64,000 nt of DNA from an uncultured Opitutaceae bacterium (GTDB taxonomy: Bacteria > Verrucomicrobiota > Verrucomicrobiia > Opitutales > Opitutaceae), in NCBI GenBank assembly GCA_964355715.1, contig CAYHEW010000020.1, forward strand, positions 5,529 to 69,528, given 5' to 3'. Below, piece after piece: positions 37,359 through 45,943 of the stretch. The translations under genes and the position numbers were made by a program. A model generated the notes under the pieces. It was not told where the DNA came from and did no database searches. It saw nothing but the letters and a program-made list of their open reading frames with translations. Every line of letters begins with the position of its first letter. The first letter of the stretch is position 1.

Positions 37359-37760
37359 ATGAACCAAATTCCCCAACCCGTCCCCGGCTATCCCATCGAG
37401 CGCTGCGTAAATGCCTATCACCCCGACCGGGCCGAGCCGGTGCCCGTCGGTCATCAGTACTGGTTCGCCGACCGGAATTTCGCCGGCGGCAACACCGTAA
37501 AGCTCAGTGCGGTCCGTCCCGGCCAGCGCATGCACGAGCCGCACCGCCACGCCGAGGACGAATTCATGTTCGTCCTCGAGGGCACGGGCGAATTCACGCT
37601 CGACGACGATCGCCGCGTCGTCGGCCCCCTCACCAGCCTCTACTGCCCCTCCTGGCACCTCCACGGCCTCCGCAACTGCGGCGACACCGTCCTCAAATAC
37701 CTCGTCTTGCGGAAGGAACCCAGTCCCGCCGACCCAAGTGCATTGTCACGCGGTACGTGA
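37359..37760 (+). CDS. cupin domain protein
   Basis: 133 aa. Cupin motifs HRHAEDEFMFVLEG and YCPSWHLHGLRN. Confidence 0.75.
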   Translation: MNQIPQPVPGYPIERCVNAYHPDRAEPVPVGHQYWFADRNFAGGNTVKLSAVRPGQRMHEPHRHAEDEFMFVLEGTGEFTLDDDRRVVGPLTSLYCPSWHLHGLRNCGDTVLKYLVLRKEPSPADPSALSRGT

Positions 37761-37779
37761 CAAGACACACTTCGCCGTT

Positions 37780-38712
37780 TTGCCGTTTCCCTTGCACCAG
37801 GGCTTTTGGAGTTCGCTCGCCGTTCTGACGGTGGTGGGGCCGGTGGTGCTGTCGGCCGATGAGCATGTGGCCGTCAGCGCCAGTGCCGATGCGGCCTACA
37901 CCCAGCGCAAGTTCGACGGGCCCAAGGTGCGCACCGAGAGCTACGTCTTCATGGAGGGCACTTTTGTCGCGGGGCAGACGGTGGACCGCTCGATCGAGCG
38001 CATGCCCTTCCGCCGCGTCGCCGAGTTTCTCGCGCCGGAGCTGGCGCGGCAGCAGTTCTTCCCCGCGCCGGACGCCCAGGGCGCCGACCTGCTCATCGTG
38101 GTGCACTGGGGCACGACCACGCCGCGTACCAGCGCCGCCGAGATGCAGGGGCAGGTCACGCTCTCGCTCGACCAGTCACAGGAGCGCGCGCTCCAGAACG
38201 AGACCAAGAGCCAGACCGATGGCACCGCCGCGTGGCTGGGGGCCGGCAGCGAGATCGACCGGCAGCTTGGCTTCGAGCAGACGGAGCGCTTCACCGACAC
38301 GCTCGACAGCGACTACGCGACCGCGAACAGCGCCAAACTGCTCGGCTACACGAAGAGCCTCAAGCAGTACGAGCAGCGCATCTTCGGCAGCGCAGAGGAA
38401 ACCACGCTGCGCTCCGACCTGAGCACCGAGCGGTACTTCGTCATCCTCAAGGCCTACGACCTGAAGGCGCCGCTGGCGCCGGGCGAGAAACGCCGGGCGG
38501 TGTGGACGGCCCACCTCAACGTGCGCTCGCCGGGCAACAACTTCGGCACGGCGCTCAAGCGCATGGGCTTGGTCGGCGCCGACTATTTCGGCCGGTCCAC
38601 CGCCACCGTCGAGACCCAGCGGCCGAAGGTCCGGGAGGGTCGCGTGATCCTCGGGCCGCTCGTCATCATCGAGGATGATGCGGAAACCGACCCGGCGCCT
38701 TCCCCCCGCTAG
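37780..38712 (+). CDS. hypothetical secreted protein
   Basis: This is the C-terminal two thirds of track ORF 37507..38712; the N-terminal part overlaps the cupin gene in another frame. Candidate TTG starts at 37780 and 37792 precede the signal-like FWSSLAVLTVVGPVVLSA. Codon usage is coherent. No family recognised. Confidence 0.5.
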   Translation: MPFPLHQGFWSSLAVLTVVGPVVLSADEHVAVSASADAAYTQRKFDGPKVRTESYVFMEGTFVAGQTVDRSIERMPFRRVAEFLAPELARQQFFPAPDAQGADLLIVVHWGTTTPRTSAAEMQGQVTLSLDQSQERALQNETKSQTDGTAAWLGAGSEIDRQLGFEQTERFTDTLDSDYATANSAKLLGYTKSLKQYEQRIFGSAEETTLRSDLSTERYFVILKAYDLKAPLAPGEKRRAVWTAHLNVRSPGNNFGTALKRMGLVGADYFGRSTATVETQRPKVREGRVILGPLVIIEDDAETDPAPSPR

Positions 38713-38734
38713 ATCGGTTTCGAAAAGATCCCGC

Positions 38735-40981
38735 CTACACCGTCGTCTGCGCGCTCAGCACCTGCAGCGTCAGGTCGCGGCAGCCCTTGAGGTCGAGCTT
38801 GCCGGTGCCGAGCACCGGGATGTGTTCAACCTTGAAGATGCGTTTCGGGATCCAGAGTGCCGGAAGGCCGGCGGCGAGGAGCTTCTCGCGGATCTCGTCG
38901 CTGGTCACGTCGCGGGTGGTCAGCACGACCAGGGCCTCGCCCTTGGCGGTGTCGGGCACGCCCATGACCACGGTGCTGTAGCCCTCGTTTTCGTCCCAGC
39001 CAAAGGTTTCCGCGATCTTCTGCTCCACGGTTCCGTGTGGCACCATCTCGGCGCCGATCTTCGAGAAGCGGGAAATGCGGCCCTCGATGAACAGGAAACC
39101 CTCGTCGTCGAGCCGGCCGAGGTCGCCGGTGACGAACCAGCCGTTCCGGAAGGCCGCCTGCGTCTTGTTCGGGTCGTCGAGGTAGCCGCTGAAGACATTC
39201 GCCCCCTTGAACCACACGATGCCCTGGTCGCCCGTGGGCACCTCCTCGCCGGTCTCGGGATGGACGATGCGCACGGTCATGCCGGGCAGCAGGCGGCCGG
39301 TGGAGCCGGTGCGCTTGCCGATCTGCGGCTCGGCCGTGGCGGTCGTGATCGGCGGGTGCGGCTGGTTGATGTTGCTCGCCGGCGTGGTCTCGGTGAGGCC
39401 GTAGCCCTGCATGATCTCGATGTGGAAGCGCTCGAGGAACTCCCGGTAGAGGTCGTCCGGCAATTTTTCCGCCCCTGTGACCACGAGCTCCAGCGAGCGC
39501 AGCTCGCCCGGCTGGGCCTTGCGCAAAATGGGCCGGATGAAGGTCGGCGCACCCAGCAGCACGGTGGCGCCCTCGTCGCGGATGGCCTCGATGATGCGGC
39601 GGGTGTCGAGCGGGCTCGGCACGGTGACGACCCGGCACCCGCGGATGAGCACGTACCACAGCGTGACGGTGAAGCCCATGCTGTGGAACAGCGGCAGGCA
39701 ACCGACCATCGAGGCGTCCTCGGGCAAAATCGAGAGCGACGAGATCTGCGTGCAGTTGGCGAGGATGTTGCGGTGCGAAAGGGCGACGCCCTTCGGTTCG
39801 CCGGAGCTGCCGCTGGTGAAGAGCAACCCCGCCTCCTCGCGGTCGCCCACCTTCGGCAGGCCGAGGAGCGAGGCGAACCATTGGTTGGGCAGAATCCAGG
39901 CGAGGACCAGCCAGGGCAAAATCGCCTTCTTGCCGCCCATCTCGGCGATCACCACGCGCAGATCGAGCGTGCGCTCGGGCCAGGGGAAATTGGGCACCTT
40001 CTGGCGGACGGCATCGGCCGACAGGACGGTGACGACCCCGGCGATCTTCATGCTGGCCTCGAGCGCGGTGCGGCCGGCGGTGAAGTTCAGGTTGACCGGG
40101 ATCTTGCCGGCGCAGAGCACGGCGAGATTGGCGATGAAGGCGCCGGCGCCGGGGGGCAGCACGATGCCGACGCGCTTTTCCGGGATGGTGCGGCGGAGGT
40201 GGCGCGACAGGGCCGCCGCCGCCGCGACGAGCTGGCCGGCCTTGACCGGCTTGCGCTCGGCCGTGCGGTCCACGATGGCCAGCCGGCCGGGACGCTTGAC
40301 CAGTGCGCGCACGCACTCGCGACCGAGGTGCCGGCGCAGCACCGGCCGCTCGTCGAACGCCTCGGCCCCGAGGTCGAGCAGCAGTTTCCGCGCATGGGCC
40401 GGCGTGGCCTGCTCCAGCGGGATCGGCGCGCCGAACTGTACGAACACAGGCGTCGGCATGAGCCGCGGGGATTTCCAGAGGTAGGAATTGCCGGCAAAGG
40501 AAAAGACCGAACCCCACACGCCGTCGATGTAGGCCGGGATGATCGGGACGTTGGCCTTCCGGGCGATCACCTCGAAGCCGCGGCGGATCCCCATGAGCTG
40601 GCCGGTGCGCGAGATCTGGCCCTCGGGAAAGACCGCCACGATCTCGCCGGCCTCCACGGCCTTGATGGCCAGCCGGATCGCCTCCGCCGGCTTGCCGGCC
40701 GAGATGGTGAGGGCACCGCTCAGGCGGAAAACCCAGTCGAAGAACCGATTCGATCGCAGGCTCTTGTGTCCGATGAACCGAATCGGACGCGGACACGCCA
40801 GTTGCAGCAACACCGGGTCGACGTACGACAGGTGATTGGCGATGATGACCGCGCCGCCCTTGGCCGGGATGTGCTCGTGGCCGCGGAAGCGGACCCGGTA
40901 AAGCAGGCGGGCGATGAGCGAGGCGATGACTTCCCAGAAGACGGGCAGATAGGAACGCCGGGGCTTTAGCGGGGGGATCAT
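38735..40981 (-). CDS. aas: bifunctional acyltransferase / acyl-ACP synthetase (Aas-like)
   Basis: 748 aa from ATG 40981 (MIPPLKPRRSY...). N-terminal PlsC motifs IIANHLSYVDP and VAVFPEG. C-terminal AMP-binding motifs LLFTSGSSGEPKGV, YGLTE, GWFVTGDLG. Same domain order as E. coli Aas. Confidence 0.75.
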   Translation of the reverse strand: MIPPLKPRRSYLPVFWEVIASLIARLLYRVRFRGHEHIPAKGGAVIIANHLSYVDPVLLQLACPRPIRFIGHKSLRSNRFFDWVFRLSGALTISAGKPAEAIRLAIKAVEAGEIVAVFPEGQISRTGQLMGIRRGFEVIARKANVPIIPAYIDGVWGSVFSFAGNSYLWKSPRLMPTPVFVQFGAPIPLEQATPAHARKLLLDLGAEAFDERPVLRRHLGRECVRALVKRPGRLAIVDRTAERKPVKAGQLVAAAAALSRHLRRTIPEKRVGIVLPPGAGAFIANLAVLCAGKIPVNLNFTAGRTALEASMKIAGVVTVLSADAVRQKVPNFPWPERTLDLRVVIAEMGGKKAILPWLVLAWILPNQWFASLLGLPKVGDREEAGLLFTSGSSGEPKGVALSHRNILANCTQISSLSILPEDASMVGCLPLFHSMGFTVTLWYVLIRGCRVVTVPSPLDTRRIIEAIRDEGATVLLGAPTFIRPILRKAQPGELRSLELVVTGAEKLPDDLYREFLERFHIEIMQGYGLTETTPASNINQPHPPITTATAEPQIGKRTGSTGRLLPGMTVRIVHPETGEEVPTGDQGIVWFKGANVFSGYLDDPNKTQAAFRNGWFVTGDLGRLDDEGFLFIEGRISRFSKIGAEMVPHGTVEQKIAETFGWDENEGYSTVVMGVPDTAKGEALVVLTTRDVTSDEIREKLLAAGLPALWIPKRIFKVEHIPVLGTGKLDLKGCRDLTLQVLSAQTTV

Positions 40982-41025
40982 GTCCGAGGGGTAGGTTTCT
41001 ACAGTGGGGCCGGCTGGCAAGGATA

Positions 41026-43872
41026 TCAATCGGACTTTGGCGGCGGATCGTCCGGCCCGTCCGGGCTCGCGATAAGGTGACGGAACCGGTGGTAGGAGAA
41101 TCCAACCCACAGCAGCACGAGACCGAGCGCCACGAATGCGACGATGCGGTAAAGCGTCGAATCGAGGTCCACGAAGAACATCCGCGGCACACACAGCGCC
41201 AGGCCGGCGAGGCCGGTGAGCCTGTAGGCACGTTCGCGGGCGAAGAGGCCGACCACAAAGATCGCGATCGCCACCCCGCCCCACAGCACGGTCGCGTAGG
41301 GCGCCAGCGCATCGCGGCGCGCGAGGGCCACCCAGAACAGGAGACCCAGTACGCCGATGGCATGCAGCCAGCGCGCCCGCGCGCGCCAGGTCGGAGCATC
41401 GGTTTCGGGCCGGTCGCGACCCACGACCGGCTGGGCGAGCGCCACCGCCGCGAGCAGGACGACCGCGCCGGTGCCGGCCAGCCCCGGATGCACGAGCCAA
41501 CCCGCCGACCCCGCCAAAGCCAGGGCCATCCAGCCGGCTCCCGCCAGCAGCATCACCGAAGCCGCCGTGAACGCAGGACGCAAGCCCAGCCGCCAGCCCA
41601 GCACGAAGACTGCGAGCGCCTCGACGGCCACCACGGCCGGCAGGGCCGGGCCCGAGAAGTTCGCGCGCAGGGCCTGCAGGCTGAACCACGTCGCCAACCC
41701 GGTCAGCAGCCAGCCGAGGAACCGGCGCTGACGCGGCGTGGCCAGCAATTCCTGGCGGCGCGACGAAAGATGCCAGATGACCGGCAGCGCCCAGGCACCG
41801 GTGGCCGCCAGCAGCAGCCAGGTGTCGTCGACGCGCACCTTCAACGGGCGGTGCTGCACCCAGCCGAGCACCAGGCCGATCGCCGCCCCGGGCACCAGCG
41901 GCCAGATCGGCAACCGCGGACTCACCGCCAGGAGCATGAGCGCCACGCCGACCGTTGCCGCCAGCGCCTCACCCTTGGCGAGGCCGGCGAACAGCACGCG
42001 CTGCAGGACGAGGATGGCGAGGAGGGTCGTGACGAAACGCAGCAAGGGCCCCAACCCGGTGCCGTCGACGATTGCCGCCCGCAGGGTCAGGACCGCGCCG
42101 ATGGCCAACACGCCCACCAGCAAGGCCGCCTCGTTGCCCCAGAGCCACGCGATCGGATACTGGTGCACCGGAAAGACGAACATCGACAGATGCGCGGCCA
42201 GGGCGACAAAGCCCGCCGCCACCGCCGGTCCGCGCCAGCCGCGGCTGACGGCACCCGCCGCCCCGAACAGGAGCGCAACGCCCATGAAAATCGCCGGCAG
42301 CCAGCCGGCGGGCAGGTTGGCCCGCACCGCATAACCGGCCGCCACACCGAGGACCGCACCCGCCACGAGGCTGAACCCCCGCGGCGCGCCGAGCCAGCGC
42401 TGGTCGTAACCGAGCAACGCCGCCGCGAAGGTGAGGTACACCAGCAAGGGCGCTTCGGTCAGCGCCCCGCCGCCGATCAGCGAGCGGATCAGCAACAGCA
42501 GCGAGAGCGCCCAAACGACCCGGGTCATCGTACGCAGTCCGCGCACCTCGGTCACCCGCGCGGCCGTGAGCAACACGAACGCCTGCATCAGCAACGCCAG
42601 CCAGCGCAGGTGTCCGCTGTATTCCGTGATCACGCCCAGCGCAATCAGGCCGGCAGCCTTGCAGGCCACCACCGGTACCAGGGAACCCGGCTGTCTCAGC
42701 AGCCACCAGAAGGCCGCCAGGGCGAGCATCACGCCCCCGCCCCAAAACCAGAGCACCGCCAGCTGATGCATCTGCAGGATGCGCGGGGCAACCAGCAGGG
42801 CGGCGGCAATGGCGACGCTGGTGTTGAGATTCTGCAACACCCGGTCGTCGTGCTTCAGCTCCACGCCGCGCACGGCGGCATGGGCGTCCGGCAGCAGGAA
42901 AATCGTCAGCAAGATCAGCAAGGGCTGCCAGATCACCGCGGCCTCCGGCCCGGGCCGCATGGCCACCCAGACCGTGAAGCCCTGCACCACGTACACCGCA
43001 TAGGCCAAAGGCAGGGCGATGAGCATCGGGCTGCGCCAGCCCGTCATGAATCGCAGGCCGGCCGAGCCGGCGGCGAGCGCGACCGCCGACCAGAGGGAAA
43101 AATCCTCCAGCCCGCTGTAGCCGGAGAAGAACGCCGTCACAAAGCCCAGCCCCACGGCCATCCCGGCGGTGGTTTCGGAACGACGCCAGCCGGCAAAGCC
43201 CAGGACCAGAGCCACGACCACGAACTGCGCGATCGTCGCCGTCAGTGGATCGCCGATGACCTTGACCGCCGGCACCGCGTAGGCGGCAAAAGCCGCGAAA
43301 TAGAGCAGCGCGAGCCCGGCTCCGGCCACGACCGGGCCGAAACGCGGCCAACGGAGACCGAGCCGCAGGCCTGAGCCGAAGACCGCCAGCGCCACCACCA
43401 CGAGCTCGGCCAGCTTCACCACCGGCGGTGTGTTGCGTGAAACATAGATGCCGAAGAACACGACGCCGATGACGGCCAGCAATGCGCCCAGGCGCGTAGC
43501 CCACCAGGCACCCAGCCGGGCCTCGGTGTTGGCATCGCCGGTCGGCGGCCAGAGACCAAATCCCTCCAGCCAGACCCGCAACCCGCTGGGAGCCGCTGAC
43601 GACGCTTGCTTGACGGGAGCGAAGGCCGGCGCCGGAGGTGTCGCCGCCGTCAGCAGCGGCGGCAGCAAGGGCGGCTCTGCGGCGGACGCCAGTGTCGCCG
43701 GAGGGGCGACGACGGCTGCAATCCGTTCCGGTTCAACCGGTGACTCCGAGGTGGACGGCGCCGCGATGCTCGCCGTCGTCAGCCGCTCCAGCAGGCGGCG
43801 GGCATCGGCCAGCTCGGCCTCGAGCCGCCCGAGTTTGCGCTGCAGCTGTTCCAGATCGTATTCGTGCGGCAT
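41026..43872 (-). CDS. DUF2339-like large polytopic membrane protein
   Basis: 948 aa. N-terminal coiled coil (LEQLQRKLGRLEAELADARRLLERL), a Pro/Ala linker, then more than 20 hydrophobic segments. Confidence 0.7.
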   Translation of the reverse strand: MPHEYDLEQLQRKLGRLEAELADARRLLERLTTASIAAPSTSESPVEPERIAAVVAPPATLASAAEPPLLPPLLTAATPPAPAFAPVKQASSAAPSGLRVWLEGFGLWPPTGDANTEARLGAWWATRLGALLAVIGVVFFGIYVSRNTPPVVKLAELVVVALAVFGSGLRLGLRWPRFGPVVAGAGLALLYFAAFAAYAVPAVKVIGDPLTATIAQFVVVALVLGFAGWRRSETTAGMAVGLGFVTAFFSGYSGLEDFSLWSAVALAAGSAGLRFMTGWRSPMLIALPLAYAVYVVQGFTVWVAMRPGPEAAVIWQPLLILLTIFLLPDAHAAVRGVELKHDDRVLQNLNTSVAIAAALLVAPRILQMHQLAVLWFWGGGVMLALAAFWWLLRQPGSLVPVVACKAAGLIALGVITEYSGHLRWLALLMQAFVLLTAARVTEVRGLRTMTRVVWALSLLLLIRSLIGGGALTEAPLLVYLTFAAALLGYDQRWLGAPRGFSLVAGAVLGVAAGYAVRANLPAGWLPAIFMGVALLFGAAGAVSRGWRGPAVAAGFVALAAHLSMFVFPVHQYPIAWLWGNEAALLVGVLAIGAVLTLRAAIVDGTGLGPLLRFVTTLLAILVLQRVLFAGLAKGEALAATVGVALMLLAVSPRLPIWPLVPGAAIGLVLGWVQHRPLKVRVDDTWLLLAATGAWALPVIWHLSSRRQELLATPRQRRFLGWLLTGLATWFSLQALRANFSGPALPAVVAVEALAVFVLGWRLGLRPAFTAASVMLLAGAGWMALALAGSAGWLVHPGLAGTGAVVLLAAVALAQPVVGRDRPETDAPTWRARARWLHAIGVLGLLFWVALARRDALAPYATVLWGGVAIAIFVVGLFARERAYRLTGLAGLALCVPRMFFVDLDSTLYRIVAFVALGLVLLWVGFSYHRFRHLIASPDGPDDPPPKSD

Positions 43873-43900
43873 GGGCGGATGAAGGGTTGGACGTGGCGCT

Positions 43901-44554
43901 TCAGGTTACGTTCGAAGGCGGTGTACCCCAGCTGCGCAGGTCCCGGGCCAGGGCGCCGAAGCCATCCGGAAAATCCGCCTCCAGCCGCCGCGGGTCGCGG
44001 CGGTGCCGCTGCACCTCGCGCAGCGCGCAGCTGATCGTGAGCGGCAGCGACGGCCGGTCGGTGCCGTAGACGCGCATCTTGAGCTCGGCCCGCGTGTAGG
44101 GCACCCGTCCCCGCTCCTGTCCGCGGAGCCAGGCGGCCTCGGTGACCTGGTCGTCGCGCCCGCACAGATACCAGGCCTCGATGGCCGGCACGGCAACGCC
44201 GATGCACCGCAGGACGCGCTTGCGTCCGCGGGCCGGCGGCAGGCGCTTCACGGTCTGCCGGTAAGTGGCCCGCAGCTGGCAGAGCCGGCATTGCGGATGG
44301 AAGTAACCCGGCGCCTCGTGCCCGGCCGTGTGCACGACGCTGTCGTCCGTGTCCACCACCACAACGAGCCCGGCGGCATCCGTGTTGAAATGCAGGTGGC
44401 GCAAGACCGGCGGCAGCACCTGCGCGACATTGGGCCAGCCACGCGCGCGGAGGCCCGGGTGCACCTGGGTGATGGGGCGACCTAGAACCGACTCCACGAG
44501 CACGCGGACGGCAACCTCGTCCGCCGGGGATTCGCTGAGGAGCGCGACCTTCAT
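43901..44554 (-). CDS. Toprim-like small protein (RloB/DUF4276/AriB-like class), partner of upstream ATPase
   Basis: 217 aa from ATG 44554; the start overlaps the ATPase stop as ATGA. N-terminal strand plus acidic residues MKVALLSESPADEVAV. Hydrophobic strand ends in an acidic cluster, LVVVVDTDDS. CxxC at HPQCRLCQ. Fold assignment is by motif pattern only. Confidence 0.45.
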   Translation of the reverse strand: MKVALLSESPADEVAVRVLVESVLGRPITQVHPGLRARGWPNVAQVLPPVLRHLHFNTDAAGLVVVVDTDDSVVHTAGHEAPGYFHPQCRLCQLRATYRQTVKRLPPARGRKRVLRCIGVAVPAIEAWYLCGRDDQVTEAAWLRGQERGRVPYTRAELKMRVYGTDRPSLPLTISCALREVQRHRRDPRRLEADFPDGFGALARDLRSWGTPPSNVT

Positions 44555-45549
44555 GGTTCGTCCGGCACGCCGCCCAGAATGCCGCTGAACCACATGTCGC
44601 CGAGCGAACCCTCGCTGAGGAGACCCGGCAGGTCCGGCCGGTCGGCCAGTCGCTCGAAGCCGGCCTGGTTGCCGTGCTTGTGGGTGATGACGATCTCCTC
44701 GGGATGGTCGCGAAAAAGGTCGAGCAGGTACGGCGAGTGCGTCGTGGCGATCACCTGCACGGGCGGCCGTTTCTCCCCGAACGAGGCCGGGTAGCTCAGG
44801 CGGTACAGGTGATCGCGCACCTCGCGCAGCAGGCGCGGATGGATGCCGCGGTCGATCTCCTCGATGCAGATCACGGGCGGCGGGGTCGGATCGAAAACGA
44901 GGCTCAGCATGCCGAGCAGGTAAAGCGTGCCCTGCGAAAGATTCTCCGCGCGCACGAGCTCCGAGTCGTCGGCCAGGCGCAGCGCAAACTCGATGCTCGT
45001 GCGGCTCGGCGCGTCGAATTCGATGCGGCCGAATTCGGGGATGATGCGCACGAGTTCGGCCTGCAGCCGGGCGAAGGCCGCCGGCGCGTCCGCCTGCAGG
45101 CGGTGCAGCACGGCGGCCAGGTTGCCGCCGTTGGCGTCGAGCTCGGCGCCGTCGGCCCGCGCACCCGGTTGGTACATCGCATGATGGTCGAAATGGTAGC
45201 CGCGGATGGCGGTCAGCTGTCGGCGCAGCGCCGCGCTGCCGGATGCCCGCGTCGGCGTGATCTCCAGGAGGTTGCAGGTCTCATCATCCACGCAGCGGAG
45301 CCGCACGCGGAGGCGCGCGTAGGGTCGATTGAACTTGAAAACGAGTTCGGATGAACCGGCCGGCGACGCCCGATGCCGGCTCCGGGTGGAGTCCGGCTTC
45401 GCCACGGCGAGGTCGCGGAGTCGCAGCACTGCCTGGATCAGGCTCGTCTTGCCGCTGCCGTTGGGTCCGATGAGGAGATTGAACGGCTGCAGCGCCAGCC
45501 GCGCTCCGCGCAACGCCCTGTAATTCCGGAATGCGACCGAGGCGATCAC
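44551..45549 (-). CDS. ABC/SMC-type AAA ATPase (AAA_21-like, OLD/AbiL/PARIS-type ATPase class)
   Basis: Proposed GTG start at 45549 (VIASVAFRNYRAL...). Walker A GPNGSGKTS, signature-like NLSQGT, Walker B VICIEEIDRGIHP, H-loop IATTHSPYLLD. The track ATG at 45630 lies inside the repeat element. Confidence 0.8.
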   Translation of the reverse strand: MIASVAFRNYRALRGARLALQPFNLLIGPNGSGKTSLIQAVLRLRDLAVAKPDSTRSRHRASPAGSSELVFKFNRPYARLRVRLRCVDDETCNLLEITPTRASGSAALRRQLTAIRGYHFDHHAMYQPGARADGAELDANGGNLAAVLHRLQADAPAAFARLQAELVRIIPEFGRIEFDAPSRTSIEFALRLADDSELVRAENLSQGTLYLLGMLSLVFDPTPPPVICIEEIDRGIHPRLLREVRDHLYRLSYPASFGEKRPPVQVIATTHSPYLLDLFRDHPEEIVITHKHGNQAGFERLADRPDLPGLLSEGSLGDMWFSGILGGVPDEP

Positions 45550-45587
45550 ACCGCAGGGTGACACCGCCGGGAGCAAGCCGTCAATCC

Positions 45588-45928
45588 GGCTCACGCGGAG
45601 ACGCGGAGAGCGCGGAGCATATTTAACCACGGATTACACGGATTTCACGGATACCAAGCTGGCGAATGGAGCGTGATAGGATGGCCACAAAAGGCACAAG
45701 AGGCACAGAAGGACCCAATCAAATTACAGGAGGAAGCAGAGGAAGCGGAGATTAGGATGCAGACCGTCTGTTTCCTCCGCTACCTCCTGTCATATGCCTT
45801 GGTCCGATTTTGTGCTTTTTGCGCCTCTTGTGGCTATACCCGTGGGCAGCATCCGCGTTTTAGCTATCCGTGTGATCCGTGAAATCCGTGGTTAAAAACT
45901 CCGCGGGCTCCGCGTCTCCGCGTGAGCC
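45588..45928. repeat. 341-bp composite nested palindrome (family A, four module types)
   Basis: Mirror-ordered arms are listed from outside in.
- ggctcacgcggagacgcggagagcgcggag / ctccgcgggctccgcgtctccgcgtgagcc
- aaccacggattacacggatttcacggata / tatccgtgtgatccgtgaaatccgtggtt
- gccacaaaaggcacaagaggcacagaaggacc / ggtccgattttgtgctttttgcgcctcttgtggc
- acaggaggaagcagaggaagcggag / ctccgctacctcctgt
The centre is near 45760. Confidence 0.85.
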
Positions 45929-45943
45929 AATCCAAGCCACGCT

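Noticed and set aside
45550-45630. N-terminal extension of the ATPase ORF to ATG 45630 (MVKYAPRSPRLRVSRID…).
   Set aside because: The ATG and the first ~14 codons lie within the repeat element (from 45588). GTG 45549 gives the canonical start-to-Walker-A spacing for this ATPase class (…VAFRNYRAL…LLIGPNGSGKTS).
45673-45882. 69-aa ORF inside the 341-bp palindrome (MIGWPQKAQEAQK…CAFCASCGY). Similar small ORFs occur at 31960..32142 and 15861..16250.
   Set aside because: The ORFs merely translate the tandem 9-nt sub-repeats and their complements. The charged half and the Cys/Phe-rich half mirror each other. No RBS or independent coding signal is evident.
45583-45933. AATCC direct repeats flanking the 341-bp element, read as a target-site duplication proving MITE-like transposition.
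   Set aside because: This is not conclusive. caatccg also precedes the 29907 copy, which has no AATCC on its other side, and it occurs as a sub-repeat at 9585-9640. It may therefore be part of the element or a preferred target. It is kept only as a point to check.
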